64,000 nucleotides of DNA, taken from a virus (Duplodnaviria; Caudoviricetes). The stretch spans positions 1,076 to 65,075 of IMG/VR virus record IMGVR_UViG_3300007541_000020. One strand, 5' to 3'. The position numbers were made by a program, and so were the translations under genes. This document shows positions 18,255 to 27,800 of this stretch, piece by piece. The notes under the pieces are model-generated. The model was given only the letters and a program-made list of their open reading frames with translations, did no database searches and was not told the origin of the DNA. The stretch's first letter is position 1. Each line of letters begins with the position of its first letter.

Positions 18255-18641
18255 ATGGCCAAGAAAAAAACAAAACAAATGAAATTGGAGGAACTAAATT
18301 TTATGGACGGAAAAAATCATGATGAAGATAATCATCAACTTGCTAAAGATATAGAAGACTTGTTAATGCCAGACACAAATCCATTTGGAACAAACTCAAT
18401 GGAAGACTTGGAAAGTATGCTAGAAGGCATGAATTTAAGACAAGTACAAGAAGTCGCTGTAAAAGCTAGTGTATTCCCATCTGGGAATAAAACTTCTTTA
18501 AAAAACAAAATCAAAAAAGAGTTTAAAATGAAATATCTAACCAAAGATGGAGGTAGGCGTAATTATGCAACTTCTGAAGGTCCAGTGGTGAAAGATAAAG
18601 ATTTGGCTAAAGAGATTTCTAATATACTTAATGGGCGATGA
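18255..18641 (+). CDS. Hypothetical protein with possible Rho-N/HeH-like helical motif
   Basis: Good RBS (AAGGAG); LEGMNLRQVQEVAVKASVFPSGNKTSLKNKI resembles helix-extension-helix motifs. Confidence 0.55.
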   Translation: MAKKKTKQMKLEELNFMDGKNHDEDNHQLAKDIEDLLMPDTNPFGTNSMEDLESMLEGMNLRQVQEVAVKASVFPSGNKTSLKNKIKKEFKMKYLTKDGGRRNYATSEGPVVKDKDLAKEISNILNGR

Positions 18642-19231
18642 CCTATCAATTCGATTCCTCTATAAATGAATATGGGAATCTGGCTTCTGGAATATTTTTA
18701 TACGATTTTGATGAAGAATACTCAGTAATTAGGCCAGAGTATATATCTGGCTGGCTTGATAACAATATTGGCGAATTAAATGTATTAATTCACAAATGCT
18801 ACGAAGGTGGTAGTCCTGGATTAGGCAACGAAGAGCAAGCGATTTACAGGCAATTATTTTTAAAATCTTTTTATGGCAAACTAGCTAGAAAAACATTAAT
18901 GGGTGTTTCTGTTACTGAAACTATTCCAGTAGAAGGCAGTACATACAATCCAACAATGTCAGATTGGATAGAGCTAAGAGAAGGTGATAGCTACATAAAA
19001 AGACAAGTAACTACAGCAAGCCCTTCCACAAAGGTTTCTGCGTCTAAACAATATTCATCATATGCACAAGAGGCAGAACTAACTTTGAAAGATTTAATAT
19101 TCAAATATAATAATAATATTGCATTTCCAAGACAAGTTGTTCCTGGTTTCAGTTATGCAGAAGCTAGCGAAAAAAAACAAGATGTGGGATATCCTGGAGT
19201 GGGATATCCTGGAGTTGGGTATCCTTCTTAA
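18638..19231 (+). CDS. Putative head-tail adaptor / neck protein
   Basis: ATGA overlap with the previous gene; position after the capsid; WIELREGDSYIKR resembles the adaptor beta-hairpin. Confidence 0.5.
   Translation: MTYQFDSSINEYGNLASGIFLYDFDEEYSVIRPEYISGWLDNNIGELNVLIHKCYEGGSPGLGNEEQAIYRQLFLKSFYGKLARKTLMGVSVTETIPVEGSTYNPTMSDWIELREGDSYIKRQVTTASPSTKVSASKQYSSYAQEAELTLKDLIFKYNNNIAFPRQVVPGFSYAEASEKKQDVGYPGVGYPGVGYPS
19184..19228 (+). repeat. 15-bp tandem repeat x3 encoding (VGYPG)2-VGYPS
   Basis: gtgggatatcctgga / gtgggatatcctgga / gttgggtatccttct at the end of the 18638 ORF. Confidence 0.9.
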
Positions 19232-20229
19232 AGCCCTTGCATTTTTATTAAATCATCCATAGTTAAAGATCCACCTTTTTTTGCTGCAGCTTGATGCAGG
19301 GAAGGTTTCTTAATAGAAAGTTCTTCACTAGAAATGCCTAGGTCATTATAATCAGATTCACTTGCCCCAAAAACAGTTGATGCCCCTTCTTTTTGTAAGT
19401 TTTCTTTAGCTTTTTCTCTTGATTTAGATTCAGAACTATATGCTAGCAATTTTTCAGGATCTTTTCTAACATCTTCTGGTATATCTGGATGTTGGTCTAT
19501 AATATTTTTAAAAACTTTTTGATAGAGACATAAAATCAATTGATTGCTGGTTAGATCAATTAATGGTTTTCCGAATACATCTTTAGGGTTATCGCTTACA
19601 TACATATAAGGAATAAAAAAATCTTGAAGTATAATTGATTGTATATTCTTTTCAGAAAAAATATACACAAAAGAATTATTTATTTTGGTAAGATCTGAAA
19701 TTGCGCTTCTAGGGAGATCTTCAAATTCATCTTTTCTGAAAAATTTATGCGTCAATAAAGGATCTTTGTAGAGTATATTATATATAAATCTTTCTCCAGC
19801 AACTTTATTAGAATAAATTTCTGATGTTTCACCTATTAAGGCTTCGAGTATATCCTTTTTTTTATTTAAAAAATTTAATTCTTCATCAATTAAATTCTGT
19901 ATCTTTTCTTTTTCTGATTTGATTATTAACTCATTCTTTGTTTTACTTAAAGAATTTATATAATTTTCTTGACTTAATATAAAAGCATCATCTTTTTCAA
20001 GCCATTCTCCAGATTCAATTAAGGTTTTTTTTCTAGATTCTCGCGAGGGAATCCCTCGTTTTTGAGCATCAATATTTAGTTTATTTACGGTCTCTTCAAA
20101 ATATAAAAGGTCTCCGTCTTTTACATGTTTTATGAAAACATCTTTTTTTTTATAATTTACTATTGTATAACCTTGACATACGTCCCTGAAAATTTTCTTA
20201 AAGAAATTTTTGTCAGAATCATCATACAT
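19228..20229 (-). CDS. Hypothetical helical protein, possible tail assembly chaperone; paralogue of 20222-20983
   Basis: 333-aa ORF; shares the IK..DL...KRGI...SG...DDA pattern with its neighbour; stop codon overlaps the convergent gene at TTAA. Confidence 0.55.
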   Translation of the reverse strand: MYDDSDKNFFKKIFRDVCQGYTIVNYKKKDVFIKHVKDGDLLYFEETVNKLNIDAQKRGIPSRESRKKTLIESGEWLEKDDAFILSQENYINSLSKTKNELIIKSEKEKIQNLIDEELNFLNKKKDILEALIGETSEIYSNKVAGERFIYNILYKDPLLTHKFFRKDEFEDLPRSAISDLTKINNSFVYIFSEKNIQSIILQDFFIPYMYVSDNPKDVFGKPLIDLTSNQLILCLYQKVFKNIIDQHPDIPEDVRKDPEKLLAYSSESKSREKAKENLQKEGASTVFGASESDYNDLGISSEELSIKKPSLHQAAAKKGGSLTMDDLIKMQGL

Positions 20230-20983
20230 TTCCAGAATCTATATCTTCGCTAATCTTATCAAAATCTTCTCTGGAGACATTGGTACTGAAGTACCAAAAA
20301 CTTATAAGCGTTGCTATTTTATCTTTTACGAGATCGAATATTTCGTGACCGTTTTCGTCTAAATCATAATATTGATCGATTTTATCAACAGATTCAACTT
20401 CGTCAAAAAAAGGAATGATTTCATCTTGTTCTGATTCTTGATAAAAAGAAAGATGGACAAGATACCAAATTAGAACCTTGTTTTGTGCCTTTGTGTCTGC
20501 TGTATGATTAAAAAGAGATGAATAACTGGTTTCCATATCCACTATATCTCTCCTTAGGCTTGCCATCTCTCCAAGAAGGTTTTCAAGTTTTTTTTCATCT
20601 TGTTTGTTTTTTTTGGGCTGAGATGAGAGTCTGGAGTACTTATTTTGAATAGAGCCTAGTTCTGCGTAAGATTTAGTTAGGAGTTTTGCATCATCTTCGG
20701 ACAGTAATCCTCCTGAGTCGCTGTATTTTTTTGCTAACATAGCTTTTGTTAAAATGCCTCTTTTGATACACTTGCTCATTTCTATACTATATTCAATGTC
20801 AGCTTCTTCAAGATCTCTTCGACTGGGATCTTTTATGATTATCTTATAAGGAACTGGAGTTTTCACTACCTCTGTGACAGTGTATTCTTCCACTTTTCCA
20901 GTCTTTGGATTCTTTTTCTTTTTGACAATATCCTGTTCTATTTCTTTATCGATATCAACACTAAAACTATATAATTCTTTCAT
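20222..20983 (-). CDS. Hypothetical helical protein, possible tail assembly chaperone
   Basis: 253 aa, acidic and coiled-coil; 8-bp overlap with the downstream paralogue. Confidence 0.55.
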   Translation of the reverse strand: MKELYSFSVDIDKEIEQDIVKKKKNPKTGKVEEYTVTEVVKTPVPYKIIIKDPSRRDLEEADIEYSIEMSKCIKRGILTKAMLAKKYSDSGGLLSEDDAKLLTKSYAELGSIQNKYSRLSSQPKKNKQDEKKLENLLGEMASLRRDIVDMETSYSSLFNHTADTKAQNKVLIWYLVHLSFYQESEQDEIIPFFDEVESVDKIDQYYDLDENGHEIFDLVKDKIATLISFWYFSTNVSREDFDKISEDIDSGNV

Positions 20984-21007
20984 TGCTTATTATAATAATA
21001 TTTATTT

Positions 21008-21304
21008 TTATTTTTTAAAATCAAAAGTCACTGTGAATTTTTCTAAATCTTGATTTTGATTTCTCATGGAATCATTTCCTTTGTCCAAAACGGTTTTTCT
21101 TAAAAATTTCATTTTAGATTCGTCTAGATAATCTGCCTGATCTATAAAAGTTGAATATTTTTCAGGTAGATTTTTTTTTAATTTATCAAAATGAATATCA
21201 TGATCATTTTTTAAATTTTCCAGAATATTAAGAAAAGATTTAAATAAATCTTTCATATGCCTTTCATACCTTTCTTGGAGGAAAAATTTGTGAAAATCAC
21301 TCAT
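21008..21304 (-). CDS. Hypothetical protein
   Basis: 98-aa ORF with ATG and a sigma70-like promoter immediately upstream. Confidence 0.65.
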   Translation of the reverse strand: MSDFHKFFLQERYERHMKDLFKSFLNILENLKNDHDIHFDKLKKNLPEKYSTFIDQADYLDESKMKFLRKTVLDKGNDSMRNQNQDLEKFTVTFDFKK

Positions 21305-21312
21305 GGTTTCTT

Positions 21313-21340
21313 ATTATAAGTATAAAAGTTATTTTTTCAA
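21313..21340 (-). promoter_or_regulatory. Sigma70-like promoter TTGAAA-N16-TATAAT (near-leaderless)
   Basis: On the minus strand, -35 is at 21335-21340 and -10 at 21313-21318, 8 nt before the ATG at 21304. Confidence 0.6.
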
Positions 21341-21348
21341 AATATAAA

Positions 21349-21358
21349 GTGTATATAT
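21349..21358 (+). promoter_or_regulatory. GTGTA-type putative late promoter element
   Basis: GTGTATATAT starts 14 nt before the ATG at 21363, back-to-back with the minus-strand sigma70-like promoter. Confidence 0.55.
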
Positions 21359-21362
21359 TTAT

Positions 21363-22016
21363 ATGGGATTATTACCTGCAGATGTTCAAAAACAAATAAA
21401 TTCTCAATTAGATAGGGAGCTGGGCAACCGAATAAGGAAAGATATAAAAGCCCAATTTGAAATTATTAAAATAAAAATGATCAGTGATTTTAATAACCAT
21501 CCAGTAACCAGAGAAATTGATGCGGGTCCAGATTCATCCAATATTAGCGAAACATTAAATGGGTACGGGAATTTATTTAGCTTTATTGGTTTTGCTGAGG
21601 GTCAAGATCCACTGATTGAAGTAAGAAGAGAATTGAACCAAGTTTTAATAAGGAATATTTCATATAAAAATGGCAAGTGGGATTTTATTATTCAAAATGA
21701 GCCTACTAGGGAAAAACTATTTTCATTAACACCAATTCCATGGGCTCCAGGCAGGAGTTGGATGGATGGGATAGAAACTGGGCTATCAGGACTAGGGCTT
21801 TATTTGTATGATCCAGAAAAAGATTTTGGAGAAGAATCTAATTCTGGAACGGCGATACAATTAAAAGCCAAGAAAAAATCAAAGAAAGCATTTGGTGGGA
21901 GCTCTACAGGTGGAGCAATAAAACAACAAAGATCAAGATATAAAAGAACATCTTATATGTCGACCATATTAAAACAATTTAGGTACTCTATATCAAAATT
22001 AAGAGATATAAAATAA
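21363..22016 (+). CDS. Putative neck / tail completion protein
   Basis: 217 aa, basic C-terminus, two genes before the tail tube; call is mainly positional. Confidence 0.5.
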   Translation: MGLLPADVQKQINSQLDRELGNRIRKDIKAQFEIIKIKMISDFNNHPVTREIDAGPDSSNISETLNGYGNLFSFIGFAEGQDPLIEVRRELNQVLIRNISYKNGKWDFIIQNEPTREKLFSLTPIPWAPGRSWMDGIETGLSGLGLYLYDPEKDFGEESNSGTAIQLKAKKKSKKAFGGSSTGGAIKQQRSRYKRTSYMSTILKQFRYSISKLRDIK

Positions 22017-22017
22017 A

Positions 22018-22887
22018 ATGAAAAGTAATTTTGGGCATAATGCTACTACAAGTTTTACCTTATGGCTAGAGTATTTCTTGCTCTCGAAAGGAGAAGCTTA
22101 CAGTAATTTTGAAAGCAATTTATATTTTATAGAAGATCCTAGACTTCCAGAAGGGTTTTTTAGATACAGTAGCCCCTATAAACAATGGGCTTATGAAACT
22201 ATAAATGAAGAAATAAACATTCCTCAATATATAATAAAAGACTCTGAGATACAGATTAATAGACAAAACAAAAATTTTGGTTATTTTGTTGATTTTCAGA
22301 ATGGGGGCATAGTGGTTACTGGGGAAAAAGCGAGGGCTAATTTGGATTTGAAGGCTGAATATTCAGCTAAAGAGTTTAATATTTATAACACAAATGAAAC
22401 GGAAGAAAATTTAATAATAGAAAATAAATTTGAACAAAATAGTAGATTTGCTATTAGTGAATCACCGATACCTCCATATGACATAGTAACTCCAGCAATA
22501 TTTATAAATACAGAATATATTCGCAATGAACCCCTTTTCTTTGGAGGAGAAGATAAAACAACTATTTTCTTTAAGACAGTGGTATTTGCAGAAAACTTAT
22601 ACCAGTTGGATGGTGTACTGTCTCTACTTGCAGATTCTAGACATGTGGGATTTTATAACTGTGATTTTGGAGATCATCCAATAAATGAATATGGAGATCT
22701 CAAAGACTTAGACGGATATAAGTATACAGATTTTCATGAAAGCAAGCTTAATGAACCAACTTTTTATATAGATAGAGTTTCAACATCAAAAATAGCAGAA
22801 AATGCAAGTAAATTTATATCTCCATCATTATTTGTGGGATTTATTGATTTTGAGGTGGCGACAAGCAGATTCCCTAGATCAATTTAA
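22018..22887 (+). CDS. Putative tail terminator / neck protein
   Basis: Immediately before the tail tube; TPAIFINTE...PLFFGG resembles tail-terminator folds; call is mainly positional. Confidence 0.5.
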   Translation: MKSNFGHNATTSFTLWLEYFLLSKGEAYSNFESNLYFIEDPRLPEGFFRYSSPYKQWAYETINEEINIPQYIIKDSEIQINRQNKNFGYFVDFQNGGIVVTGEKARANLDLKAEYSAKEFNIYNTNETEENLIIENKFEQNSRFAISESPIPPYDIVTPAIFINTEYIRNEPLFFGGEDKTTIFFKTVVFAENLYQLDGVLSLLADSRHVGFYNCDFGDHPINEYGDLKDLDGYKYTDFHESKLNEPTFYIDRVSTSKIAENASKFISPSLFVGFIDFEVATSRFPRSI

Positions 22888-22909
22888 AAATTTAAAAATT
22901 AATAAAAAA

Positions 22910-22938
22910 TTTCACATTAAAACACATTTTCTGTAATT
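22910..22938 (+). promoter_or_regulatory. Putative strong late promoter TTTCAC-N15-CTGTAATT (tail tube)
   Basis: Intergenic; matches the intragenic motif at 15614-15642 in sequence and spacing. Confidence 0.55.
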
Positions 22939-22983
22939 ATCAGTAACATAATCTTTATTTTCAAATCCAACAAGTAAAAAATC

Positions 22984-24762
22984 ATGGCTAGAAACAGAGT
23001 AATTTATCAAAGCGAAGCTTTATTCGTAAGTCCAGTATCGACTGGCGCAAATTTTCAATGTACTGCTCTATTATCAGGGATGGGACCAACAGGCGACAGC
23101 AAAGTTGCAAGCCAAAACGCTCCTTCTGGTTTATTTAAGGGAGCTTTCCATACGGGAAATCCAATTGGGTATTTAGGTTTTACCAATCCAATTGGATTGG
23201 GTCAAGATCCATTCGTACTTAAAAGCATGGATACTCCTGCAGAGAGGTTTCTTCACGAAGATATTATTAATTTGTCAGGAGTAGCCGTTACCGCAGCATC
23301 TGGAGAATTTGAAGTTTTCACGGGTCAACGTTTTGACACCCCTTCTTTTGCTATTGACTATACCAAGATAAATGAAAATCCAATAACAGTTTCTGCATTA
23401 CAGCAAAATGGCCCAGGAGGAATTTCTTTATATACAGATGCAGCTGCATGGAATGCGGGATTAGAGAAATATTACGAAGTGGATCCTGCTACAAATTTAC
23501 CTTTTATCGCGGATAAAAACACAGTACCAGTTGGGCTTTTATTGCAGCCATTTTATGGAGATTATGAAAATTTAGTTCAGCAAATTCATAGAGTTCAAAG
23601 CGCAAACTATAGCTTTACAATTAATCGTACAGATGTTAATGTATTTGGTCAGCTGGCTAGAATTGATAGCATCTCTCTTGAGCCACCCACAGTTAATCTT
23701 GATTTCACATATTATCCAACAGATGGGTTCAATGAAAGAAATTTAGGTTTATATGTGCAATCCCCTAGCGACAATGTAGGGTTAATGGGCGGCACTGACG
23801 TTGTCAATGCAGCAAAAGATTTAATGAAAACCGACAAAGCTGGTCAGAATTATTATATTTTAACCACTCCTGAAAATTCAGATGCATTTAATACAGCTTC
23901 TGCTAATGGAGATAGAAGTGTAATCGGTCTGGGTAATGGATATTTAACAGACTATACTTTTGAAGCTTCTGTGGGATCTATTCCTAGTGTATCTGCAACT
24001 GTAGAGCTTTATAATGCAAAATCAGATAATGGTACCATTAACATAAACACTCCAGCTGTAAATCTTACCGACGGTACACCAGTTGAGAATACTAAATTTA
24101 CTATCGCTCATCCTGAATCAGATCGAGGAGATAATCGTGGAATGGTTCCTTCAACAGGAAGTTTCCCAGAATCTCAAATTACTGCACTTCGACCAGGAGA
24201 TATTAAACTTGAAATACCTAATGAGCTTGGGATGTTTTCAACAATTGAGGGTGAGGACGGATTTAATATTCAAAGCTTTAGTATTTCTTTGCCTCTTAGT
24301 CGTACACCTATCGAAAGAATCGGATCAAGGTATGCATTCTCAAGAGCTGTAGATGTGCCAGTAACCGTATCAATGAGCGTTAATGCATTAATCGGAGAGC
24401 TTGGTACAGGGAATCTTGCAAAACTTATAGATGATTGTAATGAATACAATGTAAGGGTAAAAATTAAAGCTCAAGCTTTATGTGGAACCCCATATACCAG
24501 TGAAAATCGTACAGATGCTATGATATTCGATTTTAAGGGAGCAAGGCTTGATAGCGAATCCATTTCATCAGACATCGGAAGCAACAAAAGCGTTGATCTT
24601 TCTTGGAGTGCTCAATTAGGAGGACTTGAAGATTTGGATCATGGTGTATTTATATCTGGGTTAAATAATACTAGAATTCCAGAACCATCACCAATTCCTG
24701 GCAGACAGAACTTGAAAGAGTACATATCTAGGCCAGACGATGCAATTCTTGGAGACGAGTAA
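22984..24762 (+). CDS. Major tail tube protein
   Basis: 592 aa, beta-rich; two tube-like halves (NRTDVNVFGQ and SRTPIERIGS); followed by a terminator and the TMP gene. Confidence 0.75.
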   Translation: MARNRVIYQSEALFVSPVSTGANFQCTALLSGMGPTGDSKVASQNAPSGLFKGAFHTGNPIGYLGFTNPIGLGQDPFVLKSMDTPAERFLHEDIINLSGVAVTAASGEFEVFTGQRFDTPSFAIDYTKINENPITVSALQQNGPGGISLYTDAAAWNAGLEKYYEVDPATNLPFIADKNTVPVGLLLQPFYGDYENLVQQIHRVQSANYSFTINRTDVNVFGQLARIDSISLEPPTVNLDFTYYPTDGFNERNLGLYVQSPSDNVGLMGGTDVVNAAKDLMKTDKAGQNYYILTTPENSDAFNTASANGDRSVIGLGNGYLTDYTFEASVGSIPSVSATVELYNAKSDNGTININTPAVNLTDGTPVENTKFTIAHPESDRGDNRGMVPSTGSFPESQITALRPGDIKLEIPNELGMFSTIEGEDGFNIQSFSISLPLSRTPIERIGSRYAFSRAVDVPVTVSMSVNALIGELGTGNLAKLIDDCNEYNVRVKIKAQALCGTPYTSENRTDAMIFDFKGARLDSESISSDIGSNKSVDLSWSAQLGGLEDLDHGVFISGLNNTRIPEPSPIPGRQNLKEYISRPDDAILGDE

Positions 24763-24790
24763 TAAAAATTACAAAATATAACTAAACTTT

Positions 24791-24816
24791 AAACCCCCAT
24801 TTTTTGGGGGTTTTTT
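24791..24816 (+). terminator. Rho-independent terminator after the tail tube gene
   Basis: AAACCCCCA-TTTTT-TGGGGGTTT hairpin with a T-tract. Confidence 0.85.
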
Positions 24817-24824
24817 GTTTTTAA

Positions 24825-24832
24825 GTGTAATT
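24825..24832 (+). promoter_or_regulatory. GTGTA-type putative late promoter element (TMP)
   Basis: GTGTAATT right after the terminator, then AAGG and the ATG at 24853. Confidence 0.5.
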
Positions 24833-24852
24833 CTTATTTAAGGAATAAGGTA

Positions 24853-27800
24853 ATGCCAATAAAAGTCAATGTAGTTCAAAAAGGGTTAGAGGAGTCTATA
24901 CAAAGGGCTGCTAAAAACATTAACTCAAAAGGCTTGCATGTAAACATAAATGACAGGCAATTCACTAGACCTTTAGGAAAAATAACTGGCTCAGTAAGCG
25001 AGTTTAATAAATCCTTAGAAGCTTCTAATGCTCGTGTTTTGGCATTTGGAGCATCTGTTGGAATTATTCAAGGAGTTCAGACCGCATTTAAAGCATTGAT
25101 TTCCAGCGCTATAGAGGTAGAAAAAAAGTTGACAGAAATTAATGTTGTAATGGGATTAACCTCCAAACAACTAGAAAATTTTGGGTCAAAATTATTTGAT
25201 GTAGCAAGAAACACCGCTCAAAGTTTTTCGACTGTAGCCTCTGCTGCAACAGAATTAGCCAGACAGGGCCTTACAATGGAAGAGACCTTAAAGAGGACGA
25301 ATGATGCTTTAATATTAACAAGATTAACAGGTCTAGACGCAGCTTCCGCTGTAAGCGGATTAACGGCAGCTTTAAACACTTTCAATAAAGCAGGTCTTGA
25401 CTCAACTCAAATTTTAAGCAAAATGGCCGCAGTTGATGTTCAGTTTGCGGTTAGCACGGAAGATTTGATAGATGCCGTATCCAGAGCTGGAGCTGTTGCG
25501 AATGATGCTGGCGTAAGTTTTGATCAATTAATGGGAGCTGTAACTGCAGCTCAACAAATGACCGCAAGAGGCGGTAAGGTAATTGGAAATAGTTTTAAGA
25601 CTATATTCACTAGAGTCCAAAGGTCAAGCACTATAACGAGACTAGAAGAGTTGGGTATAGCAGTAAGAGATATGATGGGAAATACTCTTCCTGCAATAAG
25701 CGTATTGGAAAATTTAGCAAAAACATATGATACTTTAGCAGATACCACAAAAGCCGCTGTTGCAGAACAAGTAGGTGGAGTATTCCAAATTAATATTTTA
25801 AAAGCAGCAATAAAAGATTTGTCAGAAGAAAATAGTATTTTGGCTAGAGCCACACAGTTGTCCTCTCAGGCAACAGATGAAGCTTATAAGAAAAATGAAT
25901 TATTAAATCGATCATTAGATGCATTAGTAAATCAGACAGGTGCAAGTATAAAAGAACTGGCGGCTACAATTGGTGAAATTGGATTTTCTGACAGCATGAA
26001 GGATTATCTTTCTTTTATTAATGATCAAATTAAGGGGTTATCTAATTTATTAAGCGAAGAAAAAGGAGAAAAAGATGGAACAAATTATTTTAAAGGTTTT
26101 GTTTCTGGCTTAGGAAAGGTCATAATGGGACCTGGGTTGGCTGCGGGATTGGTTGTATTAACAAGCCTTGCTGCCAAAACGTTTGCATTCCTAGGGGGAA
26201 GTGTTAAAGAGCTACTAGGAATGGTTTCCGCAAGTCAAAAACAAAAACAAATACAGGAGTCAATCGTTGCTGTATTAGCAGAAAATTCCTCACTTCAAGC
26301 GAAATTGTTATCTCAGGAAGGAAATAGAGCTGCACAAGAAAAGACAATATTGGGAATACTACAAGCTCAAGCAAGAGAACAAGCAAGAATATCTTCATTG
26401 GCTTCTAGGGTAGCTCCAGTAATCGCTCAAAGAGGCTATGGCCCGAATCTACAGAGAACTAGGGCAGATGGACACATTCCAAATTATGTAAGCAAAGAAG
26501 AGGAGTTGAGAGAAAGACGGGGTGCAATTAAATCTGGTTACACCCCAGGAAAAATAAAATCCATGATACTTCCTGGAGAGGGTAGGGTGGTTTATAACTC
26601 TTCTGAAAATGTTAAGAAATTCGCAAATTTAAATCAGCCTGCAATTATGCCGCCCGAGTCAAGTGTGGCTGGCAGAAAATACAAGTCTAAATTCAAAAAG
26701 AAACATGGTTTTGATCCATACAAAAATGATGGTTTGATTCCAAATTATTATCAAGCTGCAGGGGCAAGCGCTAACTTCGGTAATTTTACGGCAACAAAAG
26801 CTTTTGGTTATGGTTGGCATGGCCCAGGGGGAGGGGGAGGCGGAAAGTCCGCAGCTAGCGGAAGCCAGCAAAGAGCCCGCATAAGAATCCCTGGGGGCGG
26901 CGGAGGAAGTGGAACTAGAGGCCTGTCATTTTCTTCAAGTGAAGGGTTTGTTCCAAATTTTATGAAGTTAAACGCTTCAAGTTTGAAGTCAATAAAAAAT
27001 TTACAAAGCAAAACTGTTTCGCCCAAAATTAATTCTAGTAAATTTGATGAAATCATAACCGAAAAGGTTCAATTGCTATCATTATTATCTGACAACAAAT
27101 TTAAGTCATTAGAATATTTAACTTCTGGAAATAAATTAAAAACATTTCATAGCGCAAGAAATAATGTGCATAAGTATAAGAAAGGAGTTTCTGCCCCTAA
27201 AGATTATGCTAGTTGGAAAGATTTAGATGAAAAGACGGGCTCTAAAGTTTTATGGGTTGGTTCTGCAGGAGAGAAAGAGGCTGGATATAGAAGATTTACA
27301 TTAGAAAAAATATTAAGCATTATGTCTGGCGGGAAAAAGTATGGTGTAAATTTATCTTCATTTAAGAATAAATTCCAAGGCATGATTCCGAACTTCGCTT
27401 TGTCTTCAACCCCGAAAGATCAAGGTGAATTTTTAAAGGGATTAAAAGAATCAAACCCTAGATTTTATAACCCTGCGGCAATAGCAAAGTATGAAACTTA
27501 TAAAAATCCATCAAAACTAAATGATTTATTAAATAGCCCCAAGAATACTGTAGATGCTGTTAAGTATTTGGATAATAATGCATTGCGAAGAATGAAACAG
27601 TATATGCAGAAAAATTCCATGTTGGGAGATGCGGACTGGAAGGTTGTATCTAGGATTAATGGTCAAGAAGTATTAGGTGCAAATATCGATAAAGAACTAA
27701 GAACTGCATCTCCAAGAGAAATATTCAATTATTTAACTGGACAAACAGATAGAATTCAGGGGAATATACCCAATGCATTTTTAAGATTGAGAGATCATTC

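Noticed and set aside
20215-20245. Programmed frameshift joining the two minus-strand paralogues (G/GT style)
   Set aside because: The junction reads TCT GGA AAT GTA TGA with no canonical X XXY YYZ heptamer. The second ORF is in the +1 frame and has its own ATG in an 8-bp overlap, which fits translational coupling.
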